Part shown: one piece after another, positions 19,178 through 28,854 of the stretch
Layout of the letters: every line of letters begins with the position of its first letter
Numbering within the stretch: the stretch's first letter is position 1
Assembly (NCBI GenBank): GCA_027365415.1
Contig: DAHXNK010000001.1
Location: 6,142 to 70,141, forward strand
Length of the DNA: 64,000 nucleotides
From: Acidobacteriaceae bacterium
GTDB taxonomy: Bacteria > Acidobacteriota > Terriglobia > Terriglobales > Acidobacteriaceae
Reading direction: 5' to 3'
Notes under the pieces: generated by a model
Seen by the model: the letters and a program-made list of their open reading frames with translations, nothing else
What the model was told of the DNA's origin: nothing
The model's database searches: none
Position numbers and translations under genes: made by a program

Positions 19178-19429
19178 TCAATGCTTGCTCGGTTTTCCAG
19201 ATTTCCCTGATTTTCCGGGCGCGAATTTTACGCAATAGAAAATGCCCAGAACCAGCAAAAGCGCTCCCCACCAGATCGGCGCGTGCAAATAGGCCAAGGC
19301 CACCGGCGCAACGCGTCCGACCATCCACGCATACACGCCATACCCACCAATCAACACCCCATACATGGTAAGCAGCACGCCAACAAAAAACCAAATCGGA
19401 ATCTCGGAGCTATGTTCGGAACGGTGCAT
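19178..19429 (-). CDS. small membrane protein (2 TM)
   Basis: 83 aa with two hydrophobic helices and a KSG-repeat tail. Lies between the symporter and the isomerase on the same strand. Confidence 0.5.
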   Translation of the reverse strand: MHRSEHSSEIPIWFFVGVLLTMYGVLIGGYGVYAWMVGRVAPVALAYLHAPIWWGALLLVLGIFYCVKFAPGKSGKSGKPSKH

Positions 19430-19480
19430 TCTGTTTTCTCCCTCTCGCGGCGCAACGGCTCTACGCTTGGTTGACCTGCT

Positions 19481-21313
19481 CTACCAGAACAGGATGTTCA
19501 GCCCTATGAAGATCAAGGACACGATTCCGGCCCAGAACCACTGGTTGCGATAGAACGGCACTGGCTCTTGGAAGGGAAGCGGCGTGGCTCCATACACCAG
19601 CCCATGTAGCTCCTCTATGGACTTTGGCTGGGTAAAGAGGCTGACCACCACCGTGACCGTTATCGCGATCAGGAAACTCCACAGTCCGCGATAGAGGTTC
19701 TCGGCCATGCTCTTGGCATCGGGAGAAAGCGCAACGATGGACAATGCCGTCGGCTCCAACTGAACCCATACGAACAGGCTCACCGAACTCAACATGCCGA
19801 TCAGCAGCCCCCAGAATCCTCCCGCTGCCGTGGCGCGCTTCCAGAACATGCCCATCAGGATCGTGGCGAAGAGCGGCGCAATAAAGAAGCTGAACAAGGC
19901 CTGCACATAGTCCATAATGCCCGCCGCGTGCATAACCAGATACGCTGCGCCGATGGATGCCGCCACAGCCAGCACCGTCGCCCACCGTCCCACGGAGACA
20001 TAGTGGTGGTCGGGGGCCTTCTTGCGGATCAGCGGCTGATAGATGTCATACGTCCAAACCGTGGCGAAGGCGCTGACGTTGCCAGCCATGCCGGACATAA
20101 AACCGGCCATCAGCGCGGTGATGCCTAGGCCCAGCAGTCCCGGCCCGCAGTAGCGCACCAGCAGCAGCGGCAGCACTTCGTTGTAGCTGTGCGGATTGGC
20201 GGCGCTAACCTGATTCTCTCCCACCAGATGCATCAACGTTCCGTTGGAGTTATGCAGCACCACCAGTCCCAGCAACCCTGGAAGAATCACGATGAACGGC
20301 ACCGCCATCTTGAAGAAGGAGCCAATGATGGGAGCCATCTGCGCTGCGCGCAGGTCGCGTGCCGCCAGCACCCGCTGCACAACAAGAAAGTCCGTCGTCC
20401 AGTAGCCAAAGGAGATGACGCAGCCCAATCCAAAGACGATGCCCGTCCAATGCACGCCCATCGGGTTGGCGCTGAAGTGCGCCGTATCGCGCCACAAGTG
20501 AACATAGTCCTGGTGCTGATAGTTGCTGGCGATTTTGGCGACCATCTTGTGCCAGCCTCCCGCCTCCACCAAGCCAAGGATGGGCACCAGCAGCGCTCCC
20601 GCCCAGATCAAAACAAATTGCAGCACCTCGTTATAGATGGCCGAGCGCAGCCCGCCCAGTCCCACATACACAGCCACAGCCAGCGACGACACTAGAATGC
20701 TGAAGGTGATGTCCCAGCCTAGAACGACCTTCATCACCACAGCCATCGAGAACATGTTCACGCCGCTCATCAGAATCATTTCTGTGGCAAAGGAGAAGGC
20801 CGCCAGAATCCGGCTGGATTCGCCAAAGCGCAGCTTCAGATAGCCAGGGACGGAGTGTGTTTTGCAAACGTAGTAGAACGGCATCATTACTAGGCCCAGA
20901 AACAGCATGGCCGGAATGGCTCCGATCCAGTACCAGTGCGTGGCCAGAATGCCGTACTGATAAGCCGACCCAGCCCAGCCCATCAGCTCCAGCGATCCCA
21001 TGTTGGCAGAGATGAAACTCAATCCAGCAATCCAGGCGGTCATCTCGCGCCCGGCCAGGAAAAATTCCTCACTGGTGTTGCTGAGCCGTTTCAGGTAAAA
21101 GCCGATGTAGAGCACCATCGCGAAGTACACCGCGATCATCACGACATCCAGCCCTGTCAGATGCGCCAACTGCGAATGCCCCGGCGCAGCCAAAACAATA
21201 GCCAGCGCGCGCGGCGTTGGAAATGTACTCCCTGTGCCGCGCAATCCGCTCCCAAGCCAGACATGCGTCGCGGGTAGAGCGCATAGCGTTGTTGCTACGA
21301 AATCCATTGGCAT
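19481..21313 (-). CDS. sodium:solute symporter (SGLT-like)
   Basis: 610 aa, polytopic, with 'EEFFLAGREM' SSF signature. True start may be internal. Confidence 0.85.
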   Translation of the reverse strand: MPMDFVATTLCALPATHVWLGSGLRGTGSTFPTPRALAIVLAAPGHSQLAHLTGLDVVMIAVYFAMVLYIGFYLKRLSNTSEEFFLAGREMTAWIAGLSFISANMGSLELMGWAGSAYQYGILATHWYWIGAIPAMLFLGLVMMPFYYVCKTHSVPGYLKLRFGESSRILAAFSFATEMILMSGVNMFSMAVVMKVVLGWDITFSILVSSLAVAVYVGLGGLRSAIYNEVLQFVLIWAGALLVPILGLVEAGGWHKMVAKIASNYQHQDYVHLWRDTAHFSANPMGVHWTGIVFGLGCVISFGYWTTDFLVVQRVLAARDLRAAQMAPIIGSFFKMAVPFIVILPGLLGLVVLHNSNGTLMHLVGENQVSAANPHSYNEVLPLLLVRYCGPGLLGLGITALMAGFMSGMAGNVSAFATVWTYDIYQPLIRKKAPDHHYVSVGRWATVLAVAASIGAAYLVMHAAGIMDYVQALFSFFIAPLFATILMGMFWKRATAAGGFWGLLIGMLSSVSLFVWVQLEPTALSIVALSPDAKSMAENLYRGLWSFLIAITVTVVVSLFTQPKSIEELHGLVYGATPLPFQEPVPFYRNQWFWAGIVSLIFIGLNILFW

Positions 21314-21607
21314 AGTGTGTCCAAAGTCCTCGTGTCAGATGCCGCCTGCCCTTGCGCGCGCAAGCGGATACGTCGCGTTTTGGCTGCTGCCATCAGAAGG
21401 CCCAAAGCTGCCGCAACCCAATATATCCAAAAAGTGATGGCTTGGGTCAAAAATGATTTCAGAAGGGAAATGTTTTCCTTTGCAGCAGCAACACTGCCCG
21501 CCTGCGTAGGGGGAAACTGTCCGCAATGGGAATCTTGCCCGCCGCTGCCGGTGCGCCTGTCCGCATTGTTTCAGTCCCAACGTGGTAGCATCAGTGTTTA
21601 CAGGATC

Positions 21608-23269
21608 ATGAAAGAAAATAAGCTGCAAATTATTCCGCTTGGCGGCCTGGGCGAGTTCGGCATGAACTGCCTGGCGATTCGCTGGCAGGACGACATCTTT
21701 GTTATCGACGCGGGCCTCATGTTCCCCGAAGAGGAACTTCTTGGTGTCGATATCGTTGTTCCCGACATCACCTACCTGATCGAGAACCGCAAGCATGTGC
21801 GCGCCATTGTGCTGACGCATGGGCATGAGGATCATATCGGTGGCCTGCCTTGGATTCTCTCCGAGTTGAACGTGCCCGTCTATGGCACCGAGTTCACGCT
21901 GGCCTACGTTGAAGGCAAGCTGGATGAACACGGCCTGTTTGAAAAGACCGAGTTGATCGAGATGCAGCCGGGCAAGCCATTTTCGCTCGGCCCGTTTGCG
22001 ATTACGCCTGTCCGCGTGACGCACAGCCTTGTGGATTGCGTGGCGCTGGCCATCGAAACTCCCGTCGGCCTGGTCATCCACACCGGCGATTTCAAGATCG
22101 ACCTGTCGCCGCCGGATGGCCGCGCCTTCGACCTGCAAGCCTTTGCCGAGTACGGCAAGCGCGGCGTGCTAGCCCTGCTGCAAGACTCAACCAACGTGGA
22201 TCGTCCCGGCTATACGCCCAGCGAAAAGGCCGTGATTCCCGCGCTCGATGAGGTTTTTTCCCGCGCTAAAAAGCGACTCTTCTTCAGTTGCTTCTCGTCG
22301 TCCATCCATCGGCTGCGTATCGCTGCGGATTTGGCCGTGAAGCATGGTCGGAAGGTGGCTATTGTGGGCCGATCGATTACGGACTCTTTTGAAATGGCAC
22401 AGGACTTCGGCTACGTCAGCGCGCCCGACGGCCTGCTGATTTCTCCGGGCCAGTTGCAAAATATGCCGCGCGAGAAGGTCTGCGTCTTCATCAGCGGCAC
22501 GCAGGGTGAGCCAATGTCCGCGCTCTCCCGCGCTGCGGTGAACAACCACAAGCACGCCAAGATCGACGCGGGCGACACGGTTGTACTCAGTTCGCGTGTC
22601 ATTCCCGGCAACGAAAAAGGCATCTTCCGCATGATCGACCATCTCTGTCGCCGCGATGCGCAGGTGATCTACGATGACGGCACGGCGGGCCTGATCCACG
22701 TCAGCGGCCACGCCAGCCAGGAAGAGTTGCGGATGATGCTGCACATCCTGAAGCCGAAGATTTTCATTCCCGTACATGGCGATTATCGACATCTGAAGCG
22801 TCACGCAGAACTGGCTGCGACCGTCAGCGAAATTAAGCAGACGATTTTAATTGAAGATGGCGATGTGCTGGAACTGGATCGCAATTCCGCCAAAAAAGCG
22901 GGCAAGGTTCCGGTAGGCCGCGTGTGCATCGATTCTGGTTCATCTGGCGATGTGGTTGAAGATCTGGTGATCCGCGACCGCCGCCACTTGAGCGAGGGCG
23001 GCATCGTGCTGCCGATTCTGGCCATCAACAAAACCACAGGCCGCGTGGAGAGTGTTCCGGAGATTGTGACGCGCGGTTTTGCCCCCACCGAACAATCGCT
23101 AATTGACGAAGCGCGACTCGTTGTCGGACGCACGCTGGATGCCTCCAGCGCCGAAGAGAAGGCCGACTACGGCGTTATCAAGGAAAAAATCCGCCAAGAC
23201 CTCAAACGCTATATTCAAAAAAATACCAGCCGCCGTCCGCTTATCATGCCGGTGATTCTGGAGATTTGA
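21608..23269 (+). CDS. rnj: ribonuclease J
   Basis: Metallo-beta-lactamase 'HGHEDHIGG' plus a beta-CASP region. Canonical N-terminus 'KLQIIPLGGLGEFGMNC' begins at ATG 21608. The 21317 extension looks spurious. Confidence 0.92.
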   Translation: MKENKLQIIPLGGLGEFGMNCLAIRWQDDIFVIDAGLMFPEEELLGVDIVVPDITYLIENRKHVRAIVLTHGHEDHIGGLPWILSELNVPVYGTEFTLAYVEGKLDEHGLFEKTELIEMQPGKPFSLGPFAITPVRVTHSLVDCVALAIETPVGLVIHTGDFKIDLSPPDGRAFDLQAFAEYGKRGVLALLQDSTNVDRPGYTPSEKAVIPALDEVFSRAKKRLFFSCFSSSIHRLRIAADLAVKHGRKVAIVGRSITDSFEMAQDFGYVSAPDGLLISPGQLQNMPREKVCVFISGTQGEPMSALSRAAVNNHKHAKIDAGDTVVLSSRVIPGNEKGIFRMIDHLCRRDAQVIYDDGTAGLIHVSGHASQEELRMMLHILKPKIFIPVHGDYRHLKRHAELAATVSEIKQTILIEDGDVLELDRNSAKKAGKVPVGRVCIDSGSSGDVVEDLVIRDRRHLSEGGIVLPILAINKTTGRVESVPEIVTRGFAPTEQSLIDEARLVVGRTLDASSAEEKADYGVIKEKIRQDLKRYIQKNTSRRPLIMPVILEI

Positions 23270-23330
23270 CCGACGCGCCTCCGGCTCATCAGGATATGCG
23301 CTACCTAGGCGGCTGGACGACTGGCCGCCA

Positions 23331-24002
23331 TCAGTCTATTGCGACGGAGAATTGATGGCGCACATCCGCGCCGCGCACCCAGAAGATGACATCCTCGGCG
23401 ATGTTAGTCGCGTGGTCGGCAATGCGCTCCAGATTGCGAGAAATGATGATGGTGTTCAGCGATTGCTGGCTCCATTCGGGGTGGGCCTGCATCACCTCCA
23501 CCAGCTTCTGATGCGTTTCGCTGTTGATGCGATCCACGTTGTCATCCATCGTGAGCACAGAGCGAGCCATGCCCGCATCGCCATCCAGAAGCGCCTGAAT
23601 CGCCACGCGAATCATCCATCCGGTCAACTCGCCCATCTGGCGCAAATCCACCGGCAAATCCACGGCGGGATACCGCAATAACTCTGCGGCGCGCTCGGCG
23701 ATATTTACCGACTGGTCGCCGATACGCTCCAGGTCGCCGTTGATCTTGATGACGGCCAGCAAGAAGCGCAGGTCGATGGCCATTGGCTGCTCCATTGCAA
23801 GCAGGTCGTAAGCCATTTCATCCACAGAGCGCTCCGCCGCGTTGATGGCTGTCTCGTTGTCGTGAACGTGATCCACCATCAATGCGTCGCGCTTGAGATA
23901 GGCGTCTAGGGAGCAGTCCAGCGCCTGTTGCGCCAGCGCGGCCATCGCAAGCAGTTTATCCTTCAACTCCGCCAACTGCTGCTGAAAATGAATGCGTGGC
24001 AT
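23331..24002 (-). CDS. phoU: phosphate signalling complex protein PhoU
   Basis: Two PhoU repeats ('ERIGDQSVNIAE', 'ERIADHATNIAEDV'). ATG 24002 gives 223 aa. Confidence 0.9.
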   Translation of the reverse strand: MPRIHFQQQLAELKDKLLAMAALAQQALDCSLDAYLKRDALMVDHVHDNETAINAAERSVDEMAYDLLAMEQPMAIDLRFLLAVIKINGDLERIGDQSVNIAERAAELLRYPAVDLPVDLRQMGELTGWMIRVAIQALLDGDAGMARSVLTMDDNVDRINSETHQKLVEVMQAHPEWSQQSLNTIIISRNLERIADHATNIAEDVIFWVRGADVRHQFSVAID

Positions 24003-24322
24003 GGGTCTCCTCCTATCTGAATTCAACACTGCGGTATTCCTTATTGTGCAACAGATGTTACCTTGCTGCGGCAACACTTTCGTTAAAAATTTCCTTTGGC
24101 ATTCCCATCGTCGATCTTGGGAATCCTCGGTGGAGACAGGCGGCTGTGTTTTTCATGGGCAATGGAAATTTGCGCCATCCGAAACAAATTCGCGTAACCT
24201 GTGTCTATATAAAGAAAATCAGGGAGAACTACAGAGTTCGCCGCTCCCGACACATTGACGATTCCTCCGTGTGCTCGCGTTTGATCGGCAGGGCTGCGCG
24301 AGGACAAGAAAGGCTTCAAATT

Positions 24323-25255
24323 ATGCATTCTCTTCGCTCCATGCGGACATTCCTGATTGCGCTTCCGATATTGTTCGCCGTGCTGTTTTCTTCTGCCCCA
24401 TCCTTTGCTGGCGTATTCATCTCCGTGGCCATTGCTCCCCCGGCCTTGCCGGTCTATACGCAGCCCATCTGCCCCGCGCCGGGTTATCTTTGGACGCCGG
24501 GGTACTGGGGCTATGGACAAGCGGGCTATTACTGGGTTCCCGGTGTTTGGGTTCGGCCACCGATGGTCGGCATGCTCTGGACGCCGGGCTATTGGGGCTG
24601 GGGTGGCGGCGCATATATATGGCATGGGGGGTATTGGGGGCCGCATGTTGGTTTCTACGGCGGTGTGAACTACGGCTTCGGCTACACCGGCGCGGGCTTC
24701 TACGGCGGATATTGGGCGGGCGGACGCTTCAACTACAACCGCTCGGTGATGAACGTCAACACCACCATCATCCACAACACCTATAACCAGACGATTATCA
24801 ATAACAGAACGGTCAATCGCGTCAGCTTCAACGGCGGACAGGGAGGAATTCGCGCCGTGCCCAACGCGCAGGAAATGGCCGCCAGCCGGGAACAACACTT
24901 TCAGCCGACATCCAACCAGATTGCGCACGAGCAGGCTGCCAGCGTGAATCGCGCCCAGTGGGCTGCGGTGAATCATGGCCGACCCGGCATACCCGCGATG
25001 CGCTCCATTAACGACCGCCGCTATAACCAACAGCAACGCATCTCGCAGGGCATTCGCCGTGGTCAGATGACCCCCGGAGAAGTCGCGCGCGCGGAAAATC
25101 GCCAACAGAACATCAACCGTCGCATCTACGCCGATCGCCAGGCAAATGGCGGCAGGCTGACGCCCCGACAACGGCGGAACATCAACCAGCGACAGAATGG
25201 AGCCAGTCGCCAAATCTATCGGGAGAACCACAACAACCAGAGAAGGCCAAGATAA
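24323..25255 (+). CDS. secreted YXWGXW-repeat protein with an Arg/Gln/Asn-rich tail
   Basis: Signal peptide from ATG 24323, repeats 'PGYLWTPGYWGY', 'YYWVPGVW', 'LWTPGYWGW', 'WHGGYWGP', and a basic RQN-rich C-terminus. Confidence 0.8.
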   Translation: MHSLRSMRTFLIALPILFAVLFSSAPSFAGVFISVAIAPPALPVYTQPICPAPGYLWTPGYWGYGQAGYYWVPGVWVRPPMVGMLWTPGYWGWGGGAYIWHGGYWGPHVGFYGGVNYGFGYTGAGFYGGYWAGGRFNYNRSVMNVNTTIIHNTYNQTIINNRTVNRVSFNGGQGGIRAVPNAQEMAASREQHFQPTSNQIAHEQAASVNRAQWAAVNHGRPGIPAMRSINDRRYNQQQRISQGIRRGQMTPGEVARAENRQQNINRRIYADRQANGGRLTPRQRRNINQRQNGASRQIYRENHNNQRRPR

Positions 25256-25332
25256 AACGAGGAATGCGCAGCGGAGCATGTGCGCGCGACTCTACCGATT
25301 TTTTATTCTGAATCGTGCCATGATCCGTCCGT

Positions 25333-27822
25333 TCAGACAATCAGGTTCAACGGGTAGGCGCGGCGCGGCGCATCGGGCGGATCCACAAATGGCTGGGACT
25401 GCCCTGCAACTGTAACCGAAGCGTAATACTCGACTGCCCGATCCTGCGTAGAAAATGGCCCCAGACTGGCCGTGTATACGCTTCGCCCGGCGTGCATGGC
25501 TGGCTGTGTTTCCCACTCGCTCTGGCCTTGCCGCCGAGTGTGGAACATCACCCCGCCCGCCTCTTGCACGCCGGGCGCAACGATAAAGAGACGCAGCGAT
25601 TCTCCGGGCTTCATCAGGGAGGGGCGCGTTGGAAGAAAGATTCGCGCCGGATTCGCCTGTGCAGGACGGATCGCCGTTTCGTATGCTTGATCCATCTCCG
25701 GCGGCAGATCGCCCACAAATTCCTGGATCGAGAGACGGAGACGCTCCAGCGATATCCGCACAAATTTATTTTGCATGGAGGCCAGTTGGCCCTGATCGTT
25801 GCGGGTTGCGATGATTGCCTGATACTCGATCATCCCTTGGCGCGCAAGAGGTGCAATCGAAAGCCAAAGCGGCACGCCTTGTTGCATCACATGAGCGCTG
25901 GCCTCCGGCTCCTTGCCCGCCACTCGCAACGTGACCGCATCTTCGAGTACAGCATTGAGTTTGTGCGCGGTCTCATACGCATCGCAGTACGGAACCATGA
26001 AGGCGATAAATCCCGCGAAGTAGCCGATGCGATTTTTTTCCAGCGGAGAGGTTGCCTCCGCCTGCAAATCCAGAAATCGCTTTGCGGTGGCGCGCTGGCT
26101 CGGCAGCACGGCGAGATCCGGCTCCGATGAGGCATAGAGAAATGCCTCGTCATAGTCCCCGGTAATCTCAATGCGGTTCGCGAAGCCCTCCTTGTTGTAC
26201 GTGCCCATAAACGTCGAAGAAATTGCGTGCTTGCTATCGCAATCGTTGAACAGGTCGGCAAGACGCCGCGCGCGATCTCCAGAAGCCATCGCCGCACAGA
26301 AGCTTCGGTAGTGCGTCGTCGCTGTCAGATGCTTGTTCCAACTGGCCCGCGCAAGGTAGGTTGCTGTGGGATCGACGATGCAGTGCCGCCAGTGGATTCC
26401 CATCACGCCCTGGCATCCAAAACTCCGCGCCCGCTTCATGTCCATCTCAAATCGACTGGCCCGGAACTGTGGAAGCCACATCGAAGGATCATCCTCCAGC
26501 CACGGGATGGGCCAGCGCTCACGTCCTTCGAGCTTTGCAAACTCTTCGCTGACGGGATCCCATCCCAGGGAGTCATTCAGCGCAGAAAATACAATGTCGT
26601 CGGGCAGTCTTTGGTGGAGAGACGTAAAATTGCGAACCACGCCGCCCCACCCGGCCAATACGAGCTTCTTATTGGGAGCATTCCTGCGCAAAAAATCATG
26701 CGCTTGCGCGAACGGGGTGATGGATAGCGGAATATTTTTCTTCCGGCTCTCCCAGTTCGCCTGTTCGTCCTCCCACAGCCAGACGTAATCGACCATCGGA
26801 TAGCGTTCGAGCAGGTCGCCCAAGCGGCGCTCCAGCAGGGCGCGCGCGGTGCGCGACTCAATAAATCCGCCGGGGCAGGACAGCGCCTCTGGCGGAAGCG
26901 CGCGCGCGATCTCCACCGGATTTTGATATGGCTCAAAGCCGATGCCAGTGCGGATGCCCAAGTCTGCGGCGAAGTTGAAGGCTGTGCGCATCATCTCTGT
27001 CGTCCGTCCGGCGATATCCCAGATATCTGCGCCGCTCCGCGTCGCATCCGCCCCAAATGTCTCCTGATCAAAGAATTGTGCCGCGCCCATCTTGTAGCCT
27101 GATGTGCGTTGTGGCAGATATCCCCAGCTTCGCATCGTGGTGTCTTCAAGGGCGGCGCGATGGCCAGCGCCAGCGAACTCAAACGAGAGATACGACTCTG
27201 CCAGCGGATCGTTCTGTGTATACACATGCATGCCAAACATGTTGAACCGCATACGCAGCATGGAGGCAAAGTATGCCTTGTAATCCTCAGGATTGTAGAT
27301 GCTGATGCAGTTGAGAAAATCCGGCCAGGGCAGCAGCCCGCGCGCGGCAAACTGCGGCGTTCCTATCCAAGGTTCCGAAGCCGCAGGCAACAGAAATGGC
27401 GCACGATCAATGGGAACCGTAATCCCATCAATCCCGAAGACCAGCCCCTGCCGTTCCAGAAAATCGAACACGGCGTAGAGCAATGCCTGTTCGCTGGATG
27501 CTTTAAAAATTGCGCCATTCTTGGAGGCAGATATCTTATATTCCTGATCGTTATTGAATGAGGAGCGGTCGATACGCAGCGTCAACACTACGCTCCCAGC
27601 AGCCTGCTGTCCACGGGACTCCACAATTTCTGGGGCGCTATCCAGGGAACGCAGGCCTGTAAGTACCTCCAGCGTGGCGAGCCGCACCTTCTGACTCGAA
27701 GCCGCCTGTGTCTCGATTGCAATGCGGCGTGGCCTTGGGACTTGGGCCACGCCTTGCGGTAGCTGTATAAGTCCACTCGCCGCCGCAAGCGCTCCCGACT
27801 TCATGAAGTCTCTGCGGTCCAC
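25333..27822 (-). CDS. TAT-exported putative glycoside hydrolase (family not assignable by eye)
   Basis: Twin-arginine signal 'MDRRDFMKSGALAAA'. 829 aa. N-terminal region resembles GH20b/GH67N-type domains. Backbone-like G+C. Confidence 0.6.
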   Translation of the reverse strand: MDRRDFMKSGALAAASGLIQLPQGVAQVPRPRRIAIETQAASSQKVRLATLEVLTGLRSLDSAPEIVESRGQQAAGSVVLTLRIDRSSFNNDQEYKISASKNGAIFKASSEQALLYAVFDFLERQGLVFGIDGITVPIDRAPFLLPAASEPWIGTPQFAARGLLPWPDFLNCISIYNPEDYKAYFASMLRMRFNMFGMHVYTQNDPLAESYLSFEFAGAGHRAALEDTTMRSWGYLPQRTSGYKMGAAQFFDQETFGADATRSGADIWDIAGRTTEMMRTAFNFAADLGIRTGIGFEPYQNPVEIARALPPEALSCPGGFIESRTARALLERRLGDLLERYPMVDYVWLWEDEQANWESRKKNIPLSITPFAQAHDFLRRNAPNKKLVLAGWGGVVRNFTSLHQRLPDDIVFSALNDSLGWDPVSEEFAKLEGRERWPIPWLEDDPSMWLPQFRASRFEMDMKRARSFGCQGVMGIHWRHCIVDPTATYLARASWNKHLTATTHYRSFCAAMASGDRARRLADLFNDCDSKHAISSTFMGTYNKEGFANRIEITGDYDEAFLYASSEPDLAVLPSQRATAKRFLDLQAEATSPLEKNRIGYFAGFIAFMVPYCDAYETAHKLNAVLEDAVTLRVAGKEPEASAHVMQQGVPLWLSIAPLARQGMIEYQAIIATRNDQGQLASMQNKFVRISLERLRLSIQEFVGDLPPEMDQAYETAIRPAQANPARIFLPTRPSLMKPGESLRLFIVAPGVQEAGGVMFHTRRQGQSEWETQPAMHAGRSVYTASLGPFSTQDRAVEYYASVTVAGQSQPFVDPPDAPRRAYPLNLIV

Positions 27823-27894
27823 GATCGATCCTTATCCTTTTATCCACACAAAGATGTACAAATATCAAGGACTCTACGGCATGGGGAAAAACTC

Positions 27895-28827
27895 CTAACG
27901 CTTGAGGAGACTACTACCTTTTTCAGAACGGGCCAAGGCTGCCTTTTGATCTTGTAGTATCTTCCACATGGTTCCGCTGAAAATCATTTCTTGCGCATGT
28001 TGGGAAACGGAACAGGCATCGAGGAGCTGATGATACCGCGCCAGCTCGGTATCAAATTCCGCAACATCGCCATTGAATACATCGGATCCAAAGACAAGTT
28101 TTTCAAAAGCACTGGCATCGCTCGCCGGGGTATGGAGGCTTTTTACTCCTGTCCACCAGAAAACAGATTTGAAATAGGCATAATTGTCTTTCATCTTGAT
28201 GAGCGTGGAGCCAGAGATATCAAAATACAGGTTTGGATCCCATCGGGCAATTTCTGCTGCTTCCGAGTAATCGGGATTACCAAGATGGGCACCGATGATG
28301 ATTAAATTGGGAAATCTTCTGGCAATCAAATCAAGCCTGCTCGCCCGCATCCGATCAAAGCTGACGTCTTGTGCCTGCTCTGGATCCTCACGAAGGACAA
28401 CCCCCGTGTGAAAATGCAATATCATGTGATATTTTTGCGCGCGCTCATAAATTGGCCAGTAAGCGCGGTCATCGTAGTTCCTTTTCGTCGATGAAATTTC
28501 CCCAAGACCAAGGAACCCGTCCCGATGCAGGCGATCTACTTGTTGCAAAATGTCCCGATCATCCAAGTGAACATCTCCGAACCCTATAAATCGGTCTGGG
28601 TGCTGCTGGATAAATTTACGCGCTTCTGGAAGACCTTTTGGGGTGACGCATAAGATGGCCAATCCATCCACTTGATCCATTTTCTCCAACATTTTCTGTA
28701 ACACACCGGGTTCACCATTGTAGTGAACCATCGTATCAATCAACTTGGGCTGATGATCCTGCGCCGGAACACTCCAAGAGGCCACGGCTAGCAATACGGC
28801 GACAACTGCGCTCTTATAGAAATTCAT
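27895..28827 (-). CDS. exported amidohydrolase-2 (TIM-barrel metallo-hydrolase) family protein
   Basis: Signal peptide, 'IDTMVHY', 'HFHTG' and 'GSD' pattern. Very low G+C (33% in line 28141). Confidence 0.65.
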   Translation of the reverse strand: MNFYKSAVVAVLLAVASWSVPAQDHQPKLIDTMVHYNGEPGVLQKMLEKMDQVDGLAILCVTPKGLPEARKFIQQHPDRFIGFGDVHLDDRDILQQVDRLHRDGFLGLGEISSTKRNYDDRAYWPIYERAQKYHMILHFHTGVVLREDPEQAQDVSFDRMRASRLDLIARRFPNLIIIGAHLGNPDYSEAAEIARWDPNLYFDISGSTLIKMKDNYAYFKSVFWWTGVKSLHTPASDASAFEKLVFGSDVFNGDVAEFDTELARYHQLLDACSVSQHAQEMIFSGTMWKILQDQKAALARSEKGSSLLKR

Positions 28828-28854
28828 ATCTGCGTTTTTTCTCCTTCTTGTCTA

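Noticed and set aside
24083-25279. 398-aa ORF antisense to the YXWGXW-repeat gene
   Set aside because: It is a shadow ORF of a G+C-rich gene. The sense strand has a signal peptide and a recognisable repeat family, whereas the antisense product is Arg/Ala/Gly-rich low complexity with no motif.
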